Shown here: piece by piece, positions 26,901-35,300 of the stretch | Position numbering within the stretch: position 1 is the stretch's first letter | Layout of the letters: each line of letters opens with the position of its first letter | Source: a virus | Lineage: Duplodnaviria; Caudoviricetes | DNA length: 64,000 bases | Virus record (IMG/VR): IMGVR_UViG_3300005805_000064 | Coordinates: 1-64,000 of that record | Strand: one strand, 5' to 3' | Program-made: the position numbers and the translations under genes | Notes under the pieces: model-generated | What the model saw: the letters and a program-made list of their open reading frames with translations, nothing else | What the model was told of the DNA's origin: nothing | Database searches by the model: none

Positions 26901-27736
26901 TCATTATGCTGATTACCCCATGCATATATGTAAGGCGGTGCACCTGGATCTGGTCGCCATGTGTAATCCATGCCTGTGCAATCTTCATATATCTCAAATA
27001 ACTCAGGCTTTGACTTTAATCTTGCATACCATGCGTTGTCAATATACTTTCTTTCAATCGCGCCTTCTACATGATATTCAATAGTAGGCATCTCTTCAGC
27101 ACGGTAATGCTGGTTACCCCATACATAGATATAAGGCGGATGTGTGGGGTCCGGGACCCAGGCCCAGTCAAAACTATTATCATCTACATCATGTATTATT
27201 TTGTAATTATTTTTATTAGGTTTTAATTCTACAAATTTCTCCATGTACTTGTAGTCTGTAGCCCCGGGCACACGATATTCTATAGCAGGCTTGTGCGTAG
27301 CAGGAAAATATCTACAACCCCAGGCATAGATATAGGGAGGATCGGTTGGGTCCGGGTACCAACTGAAATCAAACAACTTCTCATCGACATCATAATTTAA
27401 TACCCAATTGTCAGACTTGCTCTCAGTCCTTAACAGTTGAGGAACATCTTGTCTGTATATTATATTACCGCCAGACTCTTTAGCACATAGCCAAGTACCG
27501 CTATCTTTATTATGCTGGCTGGGCCATACATTATCATGCTCGCCGGTCCATACTTGGTCGTCTGGTAAAAATTCAAAATCGAAATCCCAATCGAAACCTG
27601 TATAGTCGCAGAACTCGTTGACTATCCAAAAATGTTCAGTCGTTGCTAGTAATCTTGCTTCTTCTAAATTTTTAGCAGGCTGTTCTAATGGATGAACATT
27701 GGGTTTTTTGCCGAAGTAGAATACATCTCTTAACAT
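20990..27736 (-). CDS. 2248-aa protein: 22 tandem ~66-aa repeats plus degenerate GT-A-like modules
   Basis: Repeat consensus FD(F/Y)SWxP(D/N)PxxPPYIYxFGxQ...YxVxGATExKY; C-terminal module DIVFLSNGE...RVDGVNGRVAAYHAAA...WRTAFREVIKL resembles 48564-49517. Confidence 0.85.
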   Translation of the reverse strand: MLRDVFYFGKKPNVHPLEQPAKNLEEARLLATTEHFWIVNEFCDYTGFDWDFDFEFLPDDQVWTGEHDNVWPSQHNKDSGTWLCAKESGGNIIYRQDVPQLLRTESKSDNWVLNYDVDEKLFDFSWYPDPTDPPYIYAWGCRYFPATHKPAIEYRVPGATDYKYMEKFVELKPNKNNYKIIHDVDDNSFDWAWVPDPTHPPYIYVWGNQHYRAEEMPTIEYHVEGAIERKYIDNAWYARLKSKPELFEIYEDCTGMDYTWRPDPGAPPYIYAWGNQHNDPRDKVSVAYKVEGATQYKYMNDRVVRKPCMTNWSVPSSVDDETFDYSWEPNPNDPPYIYEFGTQHQKTNGPRYIIEGASEIKYIDSQSVKHMPQKDRFTVVTDFPVEDFDYSWHPDSSEQPYIYVFGNQHYSGEIMPTLQYVVEGASEYKYIDTIKAKIGIKPECWHVNENIDISAFDFGWVPHPKDPPYIYEFGTQWQRTGGPRYVVPGASEIKYIDSQQARALPTITNWLVNQNIKIKDFDYSWHPDNSEQPYIYIFGNNQYKAEEMPTIQYVVPGAVEIKYVADIVATLDIDKTNWIITQPIDENKFDFSWIPNPNDPPYIYRWGNKYISNKYKATVEYVVPGATEIKYMTDDVVVLPEYDRWDIPANVDKNSFDFTWRPDPLEPDYIYEFGTQHQKNGGPRYVVPGATEVKIVEGIIAKRLPDQNNFNILIDHEIEDFDYSWHPDNTEEPYIYIFGNQHHDARQMPTIEYRMPGAIKEKYITDIVAKLAQNKTNWIVPDNIDDSKFDFSWIPNPHDQPYIYEFNTQHQKNGGPRYVVEGASEIKYMYSDKAIAKPTSIYWQLCDIKIKSFDYSWHPDNTEQPYIYVFGNEQYSAEIMPTVKYVVPGATELKYVNEVVAKTFADMTKWRYDNNIDLDKFDFEWLPDPGSPPYIYQFGTQWQKTGGPTYTVEGATEVKYIDSQRAVRLPDIKNYVIPEGLDVSQFDFSWHPDDTEPAFIYEFGTQHQKTNGPRYVVEGATETKYVDVQYAIKLSDKTNWTIPSNIDVDSFDFSWHPDNTEEPYDYEFATIWNDVGGPVYHTHNATQKKYIKGIQAKTLVDTKNFKVKIRLEPDSFDFSWVPHPEAPPYIYVFGNQWNRAEKEPTVEYHVPGATEIKYVHDIIAKVAQDKSKFEILIPIVESEFDFSWRPDPYDDPFIYVFGNTQYPGEVMPTVRYVVENATEIKYVDDVKAKLATNMTHWVEKIPVDKSDFDFGWVPDPKAPPYIYVFGNQWNLASVEPTLEYHVPGATEYKYIEDIVATVLPNKNNYKILHPIVEESFDFSWRPNPKEQPYIYAFGNTQYPAEKMPTILYRVSGATDYKYDNSFVAQLAQNYDRFTEIIPVDRTSFDYSWVPDPHDEPYIYVFGNQWNSAEIEPTLEYHVKGATQRKYMPQTAHVLPDYNKWRELIKVRSDFDYSWRPDPTSPPYIYVFGNQWNSGEVEPTLEYHVKNATEKKYIHDITAEVVSDMTNWVIPENINTDDFDFSWRPNPGSPPYIYQFGTLFDDTDGPIYKTKKNNGEIIKLQRVTKKHRSEFVEIPKYYIQTTLEDLIDEHTDELFWALNKNINYSNFNFSWRPNIEQARFVHVFGSPEAKETQTYFVNSKLYKQGFTQYNFVTGDVKAENEYLADLFIQPDIFMIDRGNAEAKERFEKLQERFPNIQKTRYLNSWVDTIYRCLNRSTTQLAWILNSELDYSNFDFKYYPNPWQLKMVHIFGTQWSHWGTTYLLNKDTFPEDTKYIKIIEHLSNLNFVKNRAAKATNCLYDIYLIDHGNNETDKIKEQLLSKSTGKTVHVVPYRKSYLETLRDISLKVKPNKENYIWVCSSVCDYQNFDMTYICDPFAKENLHVFPSDKQKFGDTFLVDVNKLKSLIDDMNLLEDYDKINYNNHIRTKRLPAPEFVLDHDTNIDAVKTDYDFPYAIFKTADNKDITVNYDEPVCLWADHTKNIEILTTGGTVLALPKEAKLYVDNELYDYPYITKAKRVAKSKPLDIVFLSNGESCAEENYQHLLKITKHLPNKVVRVDGVNGRVAAYHAAAQASSTPWMFTVFAKLKIDEKFDFNWQPDRLQIPKHYIFTAKNPLNGLVYGHQAMIAYNKKLTLNNTGVGLDFTLDDPHESVDILSGVANFNTDPYSTWRTAFREVIKLKSDYSDIASERLNIWTTVAEGLYAESCIQGSKDAVEYYDTVMGDIEELKKSYEWSWLQDYYRKKYT
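23070..27410 (-). repeat. In-frame tandem repeat array (22 units, about 190-205 nt each)
   Basis: Counted by hand from FDxxW-x-P anchors; long (GNQ...PT) and short (GTQ-H/W-Q...GP) subtypes interleaved. Confidence 0.88.
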
Positions 27737-27749
27737 GCATTTACTTATT

Positions 27750-28397
27750 TCATAATTTTATTTGGAAATAATTATTTGCACATTCATGTAATGAATTATT
27801 TTGTATAAACTTAGTTAAAAAAGATGCAAGTAGCATGTTTTCATATGGACTAAAATGATTCGGGCTTGAATCACAATTAACCCAATTTTTGCGGGACTTG
27901 ATACCTAGTCTTCTACTTAATGAAAATAGATCCGGTTTAAACTTTGTACCATTTAATTCTGACGATATTATTTCAGTATCCTTAAAACAAAACAAGTGTA
28001 TCACATTTTTATCAGCAACAATGTTGTTTAGTTCGTTAAACCATTGCAGCATAGCCCATTGATTCACTTTTTCATTGTAAACATGTTTAAGATAAAACTC
28101 TCTTATTTCATTTTTTAAAGAGATACTTTCATCTGATCCAAAATAGGTTCGTTTGTCCCCTAACATCCTAGATTGTTCAGTATGACAAAATACGAATAAG
28201 TCTGTATTATTGAACTTTGTTCTGTGCTGATTTTTATATTGTATTAAATCTAATCTGCTAGGCCACCAAGAACAACCAGGAAAACCTTCTCCTGTTAATT
28301 CATATCCTAGATTGTTGGCTAGAATCAAGGGCCAATGCTCAGTCGGGCTAGTTCTATTAAAACAAAAACTATCACCGGTTATATAGATATATTTCAA
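27750..28397 (-). CDS. SGNH/GDSL-like hydrolase or acyltransferase
   Basis: ITGDSFC block I; DSSPNH block V. Confidence 0.65.
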   Translation of the reverse strand: MKYIYITGDSFCFNRTSPTEHWPLILANNLGYELTGEGFPGCSWWPSRLDLIQYKNQHRTKFNNTDLFVFCHTEQSRMLGDKRTYFGSDESISLKNEIREFYLKHVYNEKVNQWAMLQWFNELNNIVADKNVIHLFCFKDTEIISSELNGTKFKPDLFSLSRRLGIKSRKNWVNCDSSPNHFSPYENMLLASFLTKFIQNNSLHECANNYFQIKL

Positions 28398-29875
28398 CTT
28401 ACTACCTTTAAATCGTACAATTTTTCAAATCTGTCAGCGTCACTACGATCATTGACCATTGGCTCGCCGCGTATATTCAATGATGTATTGAGCAACATTG
28501 GACAGCCTGTTTTCTTATACCATTTTTCTAAGAGTTGTCGTATCCCAGATCGATCTTCTGGAACAGTCTGTACACGGCTAGTCCCGTCATGATGAACAAT
28601 AGCGGGATAAAGGTCAGGACGCTTGCAAGTAGCGATGACCTGCATATACCTACTATCATTCCAATTAACAGGCATATCGAAATATTGATGTACATACTCC
28701 TCAAGAATGACTGGAGCAAAGGGTCTAAATTTTTGTCTTCGTTTGATTTCATTGACTTTATCCTTTATCTCGGGTCCTCGAGGATCAGCCAATAAACTAC
28801 GGTTGCCTAATGCGCGAGGCCCGAATTCTGCTCTTCCGCTAGCAACACCTACCATCTTGTTCTTCTTAAGTTCTTTGATAACTTTATCTACGGGATATGG
28901 ACCTGCTATCTCATGACCTAAGAATGCGTCAGTCCAATTTATCTTTCTGCCATAACCCAATGCTGCTGCACCTAGGCTGTTACCTGCATCGCCCGGGTTA
29001 GGCATGATCCATATATCTTTAAAATATTTACCTAGCAATCGATTAGCGAGGCAGTTTAGTGCCACACCACCGCCATAAACTAAGTTTTTGCTGCTACCTA
29101 ATCTAAATGCTTTATGCATGACCTTCTCTATCAAAGTCTCGCACACTAACTGTGCGCTGCTTGCTATGTCCATGTCATCTGCTTTAGTTAAAAAATTATT
29201 AGGTTCGAGCCCTATGTGTAGGTTGTGTCTAAAATCTAACTCAAATAAATCAGACATATAATGACTGACGATTCTGTTGGCATGGCTAGGTTTACCATAT
29301 GCAGCCATTCCCATTAGGATATATTCTTCTTCGTTAGGTTTTAATCCAACACGCTGTGTCATGGCACTATAAAATAGACCTATACTATTAGGATACTTCT
29401 TGCTCCACAACTTAGTATAGTGCGCAGTACCATTCTTGTCATAACATGCATCCCATATGCTGATGCAATCCATCTCACCTATAGCATCGATGATGACTAC
29501 AGTGGCATGATCAAAGGGACTAGTCTGAAATCCTGCTGCGGCATGTGACTTATGATGAACATGAGTCTGTATAGGTCTGTCCCCTAACAGATCACATAGT
29601 TCAGAACCTATGATTCTCTTGACACTTAGCGGGCTTATAGTTTGTCCAGCGCGCCATTGCCTATAAGCCTTTAACCATGGTTTCTCATAATAGTTCAGTT
29701 TATAGGTCTCACCTGCATAGGATAATGCATCCTTGATGAGTCCTTCACAAAGGTTCTCGTCATGCTTCTTTTTGCTATATCTCTCGCTATGTCCGGCAAA
29801 CAGTATATTGCCATCGTCTGAGATAACGCTCAAAGCAGCATCATGAAATCCCGCGCTTATACCTATATGATTCAT
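28394..29875 (-). CDS. Carbamoyltransferase (NodU/CmcH/TobZ family)
   Basis: GFHDAA, HHKSHAAAG, IDAIGE, GGGVALNC, PGDAG, GRAEFGPRALGNRS, HHDGTSRVQTV, LLNTSLN; start moved to MNHIGIS. Confidence 0.95.
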   Translation of the reverse strand: MNHIGISAGFHDAALSVISDDGNILFAGHSERYSKKKHDENLCEGLIKDALSYAGETYKLNYYEKPWLKAYRQWRAGQTISPLSVKRIIGSELCDLLGDRPIQTHVHHKSHAAAGFQTSPFDHATVVIIDAIGEMDCISIWDACYDKNGTAHYTKLWSKKYPNSIGLFYSAMTQRVGLKPNEEEYILMGMAAYGKPSHANRIVSHYMSDLFELDFRHNLHIGLEPNNFLTKADDMDIASSAQLVCETLIEKVMHKAFRLGSSKNLVYGGGVALNCLANRLLGKYFKDIWIMPNPGDAGNSLGAAALGYGRKINWTDAFLGHEIAGPYPVDKVIKELKKNKMVGVASGRAEFGPRALGNRSLLADPRGPEIKDKVNEIKRRQKFRPFAPVILEEYVHQYFDMPVNWNDSRYMQVIATCKRPDLYPAIVHHDGTSRVQTVPEDRSGIRQLLEKWYKKTGCPMLLNTSLNIRGEPMVNDRSDADRFEKLYDLKVVS

Positions 29876-30753
29876 TGACAAACTACACCTTCTATTTGAT
29901 CTGCCCAATATTTATGATGGTTGATACCGGGATGTGATCTATCTCTAGCCAAATCTAAATTTGTTTCTATATCTTCAGGACTAGTCCACTCCGGCAAAAG
30001 AGTAATATGTTCGAATTTCATTAATTTCATCATTTGATAAGTGGGCCTATCCCAGGATGATATGAATGTTTTTATGTCTTTAAGTTTAGACAAATAATCT
30101 AGATTATATATGTCGTCCTTCATTCTTCTTATTAATTCTGGTTCGGGAGTATATTTGAAGTATGACTTTGTTTGTATGTTATAATCCTCTAAATCTTTTT
30201 CTTGTTGCATTAACAAATTACATAACTTTATAGACTGGTTATTAATCTTATTAATAGCACACAGTTGTCTTCCATACGAAGGCATCAAAAATACCGCTCG
30301 GTCTATTTTCATATGTCTACTGATTATTGAAAAAACATCGCAAGTTGCTTTTATACTGCTTCCGGAAATTCCGAAATTATATGAGTTTAAATTATGTTTT
30401 TTTGAAAGAAGCTTATGCCACAATTTATCAGACGGTAACCCTACCCCAAAGGTATAACTACAACCAAACGCTGCTAATTCTAAATGACTATTTTGATTTA
30501 TTTCGATATCTCTAAAACCTAATGAGTTCAGCACATAATCAAAGTCACCATGTTTCCAGTTTTCTGCATTATCTTTTTCTGCTACTGTCCACATAGGTAC
30601 CTGCTTTTTTAATTCACCATTTGCTAATATTAAATCAGGTCTGGCTGTAACCGGAGTATAATTAGAGAGATAATTTAAACTACACCCGTGTAGGTTTAAT
30701 TGCAGCAATTCAGTTTGATTCTCAAATCCTACATTCAGTCTTTTTAATGCCAT
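29872..30753 (-). CDS. SGNH-like protein
   Basis: NSLGFRD, AFGCSYTFG, GISGSS, ARDRSHPG. Confidence 0.72.
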   Translation of the reverse strand: MALKRLNVGFENQTELLQLNLHGCSLNYLSNYTPVTARPDLILANGELKKQVPMWTVAEKDNAENWKHGDFDYVLNSLGFRDIEINQNSHLELAAFGCSYTFGVGLPSDKLWHKLLSKKHNLNSYNFGISGSSIKATCDVFSIISRHMKIDRAVFLMPSYGRQLCAINKINNQSIKLCNLLMQQEKDLEDYNIQTKSYFKYTPEPELIRRMKDDIYNLDYLSKLKDIKTFISSWDRPTYQMMKLMKFEHITLLPEWTSPEDIETNLDLARDRSHPGINHHKYWADQIEGVVCQ

Positions 30754-30759
30754 GTGTAT

Positions 30760-30861
30760 TCAATAAATGAATGGGTCGCGCTTTTTTAATTCTTTCAATC
30801 GTTTTTTATAACGATATTCCATGATTATCTTATAATAAATTCGTTTTATAAAATTAAACAT
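30760..30861 (-). CDS. 33-aa basic/aromatic peptide MFNFIKRIYYKIIMEYRYKKRLKELKKRDPFIY (below ORF-track cutoff)
   Basis: Fills the 109-nt gap almost exactly; ATG 1 nt after the upstream stop (GGTGAATAATATG); stop 6 nt before the next ATG. Confidence 0.75.
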   Translation of the reverse strand: MFNFIKRIYYKIIMEYRYKKRLKELKKRDPFIY

Positions 30862-30862
30862 A

Positions 30863-32044
30863 TTATTCACCTTTTTTAATTAACTTCTCGTCTACAGTTT
30901 TTGTCACATACAACTTATCTATGGCTGAGATAGATCCACAAGTTTCTACGCAATACAATAGTCTTCCCTCTTCTACTGTTTTTGCTTTCCAACCATCTAG
31001 AAAGAAAGGACCAAAATAAGGACCCATCAATATTTCATATATAGAGTTTTTTCTCAGATCAAGTTTATCTTTGCCCATCTCTTGCACTTTTTTATTGAAC
31101 TGCCAACGACTATAGGTGCTACTAAATTGCCCGAACACTCCACCTAAGAAACAACATGGCAGCAAATGTCCAGTAGCCGACACATATATTTCCTGTACAT
31201 ATTGATCTAATGATTTGCAGCGAATGCCGGAACTCTTTGCTAAATTTCTACTAAATTCAGTTAACTCAGGTACCGGTTCTACCATAGCATGTTTAAAATC
31301 AATCTTATAATCAGATGGAATATTAGACCTTTCACCTGTAAAGTTTACAGGATATATAGTATAATCAAAAGTTCCATCTCGTTTATATACATTCATTCCT
31401 TGCTGCTTTCCCTGATACTCACCGAACCCCATTGGTCTTTTCTCTGCAAAATGAAACCCTAATTTAGACGCTAATTGTCTAGCCTCTTCTACCTGATGTT
31501 GATTATGTTCGAATACCAAGAATTCCCATATACCGAAAGCACCTGTTTTGGCATATGCTTCCATGTTCGCAAATAATCTATCCCACTTAACACCGCGTCT
31601 GTATATATGGTTTGTATCTTCTAAACCATCCACACTGAATACTACTGCCGGCTGATAAAATGCATGACTTAAGTTTTTCTCTCTAGGAACACTAGCAAAA
31701 AATTTTCCTACTTCTGACCAATATTCTGGATTGCGCATACCGCCATTAGTTCGTACTTGTTGTGCGATATATTTTTTACTGTTAGATTGAAAATATTCTA
31801 ATATAGGTATTAAATCTAATGCCATACCTGGATCGCCGACATTACCGCAAAAGTTAATACCTATGATATTTTCTACGAACTTTTTAGGAAAGAAATTTTT
31901 TATATCATCTATAGTAAGTTCTGTGATTTCTAGATTAGGACTTACTGGACCTCCTGCAAGATTTCTGCTACATGCAGGACAACTAGCATTGCATCTTGAT
32001 GTAAGTTCTATGTGAAGCCTACCTATATTATTAATATTATACAT
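30863..32044 (-). CDS. Radical SAM enzyme with C-terminal SPASM/twitch domain
   Basis: CNASCPAC near the N-terminus; LLPCCFLG...CVETC at the C-terminus. Confidence 0.92.
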   Translation of the reverse strand: MYNINNIGRLHIELTSRCNASCPACSRNLAGGPVSPNLEITELTIDDIKNFFPKKFVENIIGINFCGNVGDPGMALDLIPILEYFQSNSKKYIAQQVRTNGGMRNPEYWSEVGKFFASVPREKNLSHAFYQPAVVFSVDGLEDTNHIYRRGVKWDRLFANMEAYAKTGAFGIWEFLVFEHNQHQVEEARQLASKLGFHFAEKRPMGFGEYQGKQQGMNVYKRDGTFDYTIYPVNFTGERSNIPSDYKIDFKHAMVEPVPELTEFSRNLAKSSGIRCKSLDQYVQEIYVSATGHLLPCCFLGGVFGQFSSTYSRWQFNKKVQEMGKDKLDLRKNSIYEILMGPYFGPFFLDGWKAKTVEEGRLLYCVETCGSISAIDKLYVTKTVDEKLIKKGE

Positions 32045-33293
32045 CAGTTTTTCCTATAATACTTTCCATCATGTTGGCGACTTTTTTAAAACGATTTTTC
32101 CAATCATCTTTTCTTCTCACATCTAAATCATTTAAAAATTGATAAAGATTATATACCTGCTCTTTATTCACTTCACTAGACTGCATCTTTGCTCGGATAC
32201 CGTATACAGTATCCTGATATGATAACATATTGTTGTCTTTAATAACATCGATAAACTTGTCTAAATCTTCTAGAAATAAATCTCCGAAATGATAAACATC
32301 AAAGCAATTAGGAACCACAACCGTATTCCAATGAAAAGTGATATGCTTGATTTTTTTCCATTCTTTTACTTTTTCGGCGAGCAGATAAAAACTAGGCATT
32401 GACAAGGCAGTGATAGTCGAATGTATTTGAACCTCAACACCCGCAGTATCTAGCATCGTCAGAATGTTCTTTTCAGCCCACTCCATATTCAATCCATATC
32501 TAACATATTCTAAATCAGGTCCCCAGCAGTCTATGCTGCATACTACCATCATACTTTTTATTTTCTTCTCATAAATTAATTTTCGCACCTTATCGATTTT
32601 TGATTTGAACTTACCGGGCTCATGATTTAAATTGCTAAAAATATGCCAGTTTAATTCTGGACAAGGATGCTTGTCAAAAAAATCTAAGCACATGTCAAAC
32701 TCTTCTTGATAGAAAGGTTCACCACCTAGCATTTTAAACATCACTAATTTACTACCATGTTCTGCCATATATTCAAAAAATTTATCTCTATAGGTAGTGT
32801 AGTTTTTTCTATCATCGTTTAGCCATTCGCTATAATTTGTATTAAATTTGCTAGGACCATATTTTTTCACTTCATGTTCGATTTGACTGCTAAATGTAGG
32901 TCTACAATATACACAAGATTGGTTGCACAGATTACTGAAATATACTTCAAGTATTGTAGGGGTAACTTTGATCGCATTGGGATCTGTTTCTAATTCAGGC
33001 GGAAGGATAGTAGTGTCTTTGTTTGTAAATGCGGTTCTATCGCTTAACCCACCTGCCATTTCGATGTCTCTACAATATTCACACCCATTACCAGGCCATT
33101 CTCCTTTAAGCATCTTGGCTCTATCTAGCATCTTTCCGGGTAAATTATGAAAGTCTTTAATCGTGTCGGCATCAAATTTATAGTGTTTGCATCTGTGACA
33201 ACTGGCTGTTGTACCGGTATTTAAATAGATTGAACTCCATGCCCACTTATACTGACATGCTGCATTGTTTTGTATAGGAAATATTTTACTCAT
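32037..33293 (-). CDS. Radical SAM enzyme, N-terminal twitch-like domain (CxxKW type)
   Basis: CQYKW...ASCHRC...CEYC; CNQSCVYC; GGEP. Confidence 0.92.
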   Translation of the reverse strand: MSKIFPIQNNAACQYKWAWSSIYLNTGTTASCHRCKHYKFDADTIKDFHNLPGKMLDRAKMLKGEWPGNGCEYCRDIEMAGGLSDRTAFTNKDTTILPPELETDPNAIKVTPTILEVYFSNLCNQSCVYCRPTFSSQIEHEVKKYGPSKFNTNYSEWLNDDRKNYTTYRDKFFEYMAEHGSKLVMFKMLGGEPFYQEEFDMCLDFFDKHPCPELNWHIFSNLNHEPGKFKSKIDKVRKLIYEKKIKSMMVVCSIDCWGPDLEYVRYGLNMEWAEKNILTMLDTAGVEVQIHSTITALSMPSFYLLAEKVKEWKKIKHITFHWNTVVVPNCFDVYHFGDLFLEDLDKFIDVIKDNNMLSYQDTVYGIRAKMQSSEVNKEQVYNLYQFLNDLDVRRKDDWKNRFKKVANMMESIIGKTDV

Positions 33294-34045
33294 TTATATT
33301 TGTCCATGATAGGTCTGATGATATTTTGATAATACACTTCGTGTCCTTTTTCATTAGTATGATTGTCTACGCATTTATAAATGTTTTTGTTAGCCCAATC
33401 ATTATTGGTCCCGCTGTAATCATAACTTTGAATATCTAGAAATTGGTGTTTGATTATGCCGGTATCGTTTTGCAAATGTTTTATGATATCTGGGTCATAC
33501 CAATACATAGGCATGGAAAACTCAAAAGAAAATCCTCTAAGTTCACAGTATTGTTTGGCTGCTAGAAGAGACATCAATCCTATGTTTCTTCCTATCTCAT
33601 CCTGATATAAATGCATTATATACATCTTTTTAGCCAAAAAATATTGCTCAAGGTGCGGATCCATCTTTCCCTGCCATGCGGGATCCCAATTATGCGACAA
33701 TACCCATGAGTGCAGTTCTCCCCTATTTCCTGATGCTTCTAACCTATCAGGACTAGTACCTGCAAAAAGCACTAGTGTTTTTAATTTAGAATGATTGTCC
33801 TTTATTCCGAAATTCATTAAGTCGCGGAACATAGCCGGATTAGAATGCCCGCATCTAGCAAGATTTATGACAGGTATGTTATATTCTTTACTTAGCAAAC
33901 TTGCCCAGCAATATTCACTCGGAAAATTATCAGGAGTTCGTTGTCCTACTACCTGCTTAGTGTCAGGATCGATATAAAAAACACGATCTTGGCATCCATG
34001 ACCATATGTATAACTATCTCCAAAAACTACAATACGCTCTATCAT
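33290..34045 (-). CDS. SGNH-like protein
   Basis: VFGDSYTYG, NLARCGHSN, DNHTNEKGH. Confidence 0.75.
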   Translation of the reverse strand: MIERIVVFGDSYTYGHGCQDRVFYIDPDTKQVVGQRTPDNFPSEYCWASLLSKEYNIPVINLARCGHSNPAMFRDLMNFGIKDNHSKLKTLVLFAGTSPDRLEASGNRGELHSWVLSHNWDPAWQGKMDPHLEQYFLAKKMYIMHLYQDEIGRNIGLMSLLAAKQYCELRGFSFEFSMPMYWYDPDIIKHLQNDTGIIKHQFLDIQSYDYSGTNNDWANKNIYKCVDNHTNEKGHEVYYQNIIRPIMDKYK

Positions 34046-34046
34046 T

Positions 34047-35300
34047 TTATTTCAAACCTATATATTTTGCTAAATTATCGGGCTTATTTCTGCGTACAGT
34101 ATATTGCTCAAAAAAGATATCGCTATCTCTGCGCATCTCGGCTTGATTTTCTCTGATAAACCCTTCATCTAAGAACTTGATCAATCTATTGCAATGTTCA
34201 AATTCTACGGGCAATAAATCATCTTTGATGCTATCATAGAATTTCTGATATTTATTGATGTAAAAATCACGCTCTTGTCTAGTCAAACAAGCGAATCCTT
34301 GAAACTCGGGCTTGTCTACCATATTGATAGAGATATATGGTTTGATCTTGGTGCGGCTTCTGATATCTATGATATCTCTGTACATCTGATCTAGGCTCTG
34401 TAATGCTATGGCGCTGACTGTAGTGCTGATGCTAAACTCTTTGACTGTGCTATTACCCAGTCGTTCTATATTAGTCAACCATTCACTATAAACCATTCCC
34501 TCTCGTATGAATTCAGCCGTTTCACCTGCACTTTCATTACTGATATTCATGCGCAGGTTATTCAAGCCTTTTATCTTATCAAAGAACCTATCCATGACTA
34601 CTGGCTTCTGACATAGGTTACTATGTATGACAGTTTCTATGTTAGGATTAACCCTTGTCATCATAGCGAACAACTTGAATACTTCTTCATGCATCAATGG
34701 CTCACCGCCGCTGACACGAATGCTTTCAAGACCTTCCATGACTGTCTCAAACCAACTCCAAAATAGTTCCATATGTGGAGGCTTGATCATCTCTTCTAGT
34801 TCAGCCATATCTTTCTGATAGTGCCTGCGATCATCAGTCTTGATATCAGTATACACACCGTTGACTCGTATATCATTGATCCAACTTGTGCTAAATTGCG
34901 GGCTGCAATAACTACATGCTAGATTACATGTGTTGTTAAACGCTAACTCTAACGCTTTTGGTTTGAATATGTAATTTGGATTCTTGTAATCTTCTGCTGT
35001 GAGATGATCCTTGAAACTGAGGCTCTTGCGTGTTCTATCGCTAGTCAATCCCAAATTCTCATATCGCCAGCAACTATCACATGCAGGAGGCTGCTCTCCT
35101 GCTAACATGCGCTTTTGTTGCTCACGCTTCTCTGCTGGATTATAGAATGTGTCTACTGTATCACCGACTTGGAGGAAGGGAGTATAATGGCAACTAGCGA
35201 TCTTGCCGCTATAGACCCATATACTTGCTTCATGGAACTTTGCTAGACAAAATGTAGGGCTAGTCTCATTCCTAATTTTTATTAACTTATTCAGTTCCAT
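34047..35300 (-). CDS. Radical SAM enzyme, N-terminal twitch-like domain (CxxKW type)
   Basis: CLAKF...ASCHY...CDSCW; CNLACSYC; GGEP. Confidence 0.92.
   Translation of the reverse strand: MELNKLIKIRNETSPTFCLAKFHEASIWVYSGKIASCHYTPFLQVGDTVDTFYNPAEKREQQKRMLAGEQPPACDSCWRYENLGLTSDRTRKSLSFKDHLTAEDYKNPNYIFKPKALELAFNNTCNLACSYCSPQFSTSWINDIRVNGVYTDIKTDDRRHYQKDMAELEEMIKPPHMELFWSWFETVMEGLESIRVSGGEPLMHEEVFKLFAMMTRVNPNIETVIHSNLCQKPVVMDRFFDKIKGLNNLRMNISNESAGETAEFIREGMVYSEWLTNIERLGNSTVKEFSISTTVSAIALQSLDQMYRDIIDIRSRTKIKPYISINMVDKPEFQGFACLTRQERDFYINKYQKFYDSIKDDLLPVEFEHCNRLIKFLDEGFIRENQAEMRRDSDIFFEQYTVRRNKPDNLAKYIGLK

Noticed and set aside
23070-27410. CRISPR array or DGR template/variable repeats
   Set aside because: Repeats are in-frame, degenerate at synonymous sites and lack spacers; no cas or reverse transcriptase gene and no adenine-specific variation pattern seen
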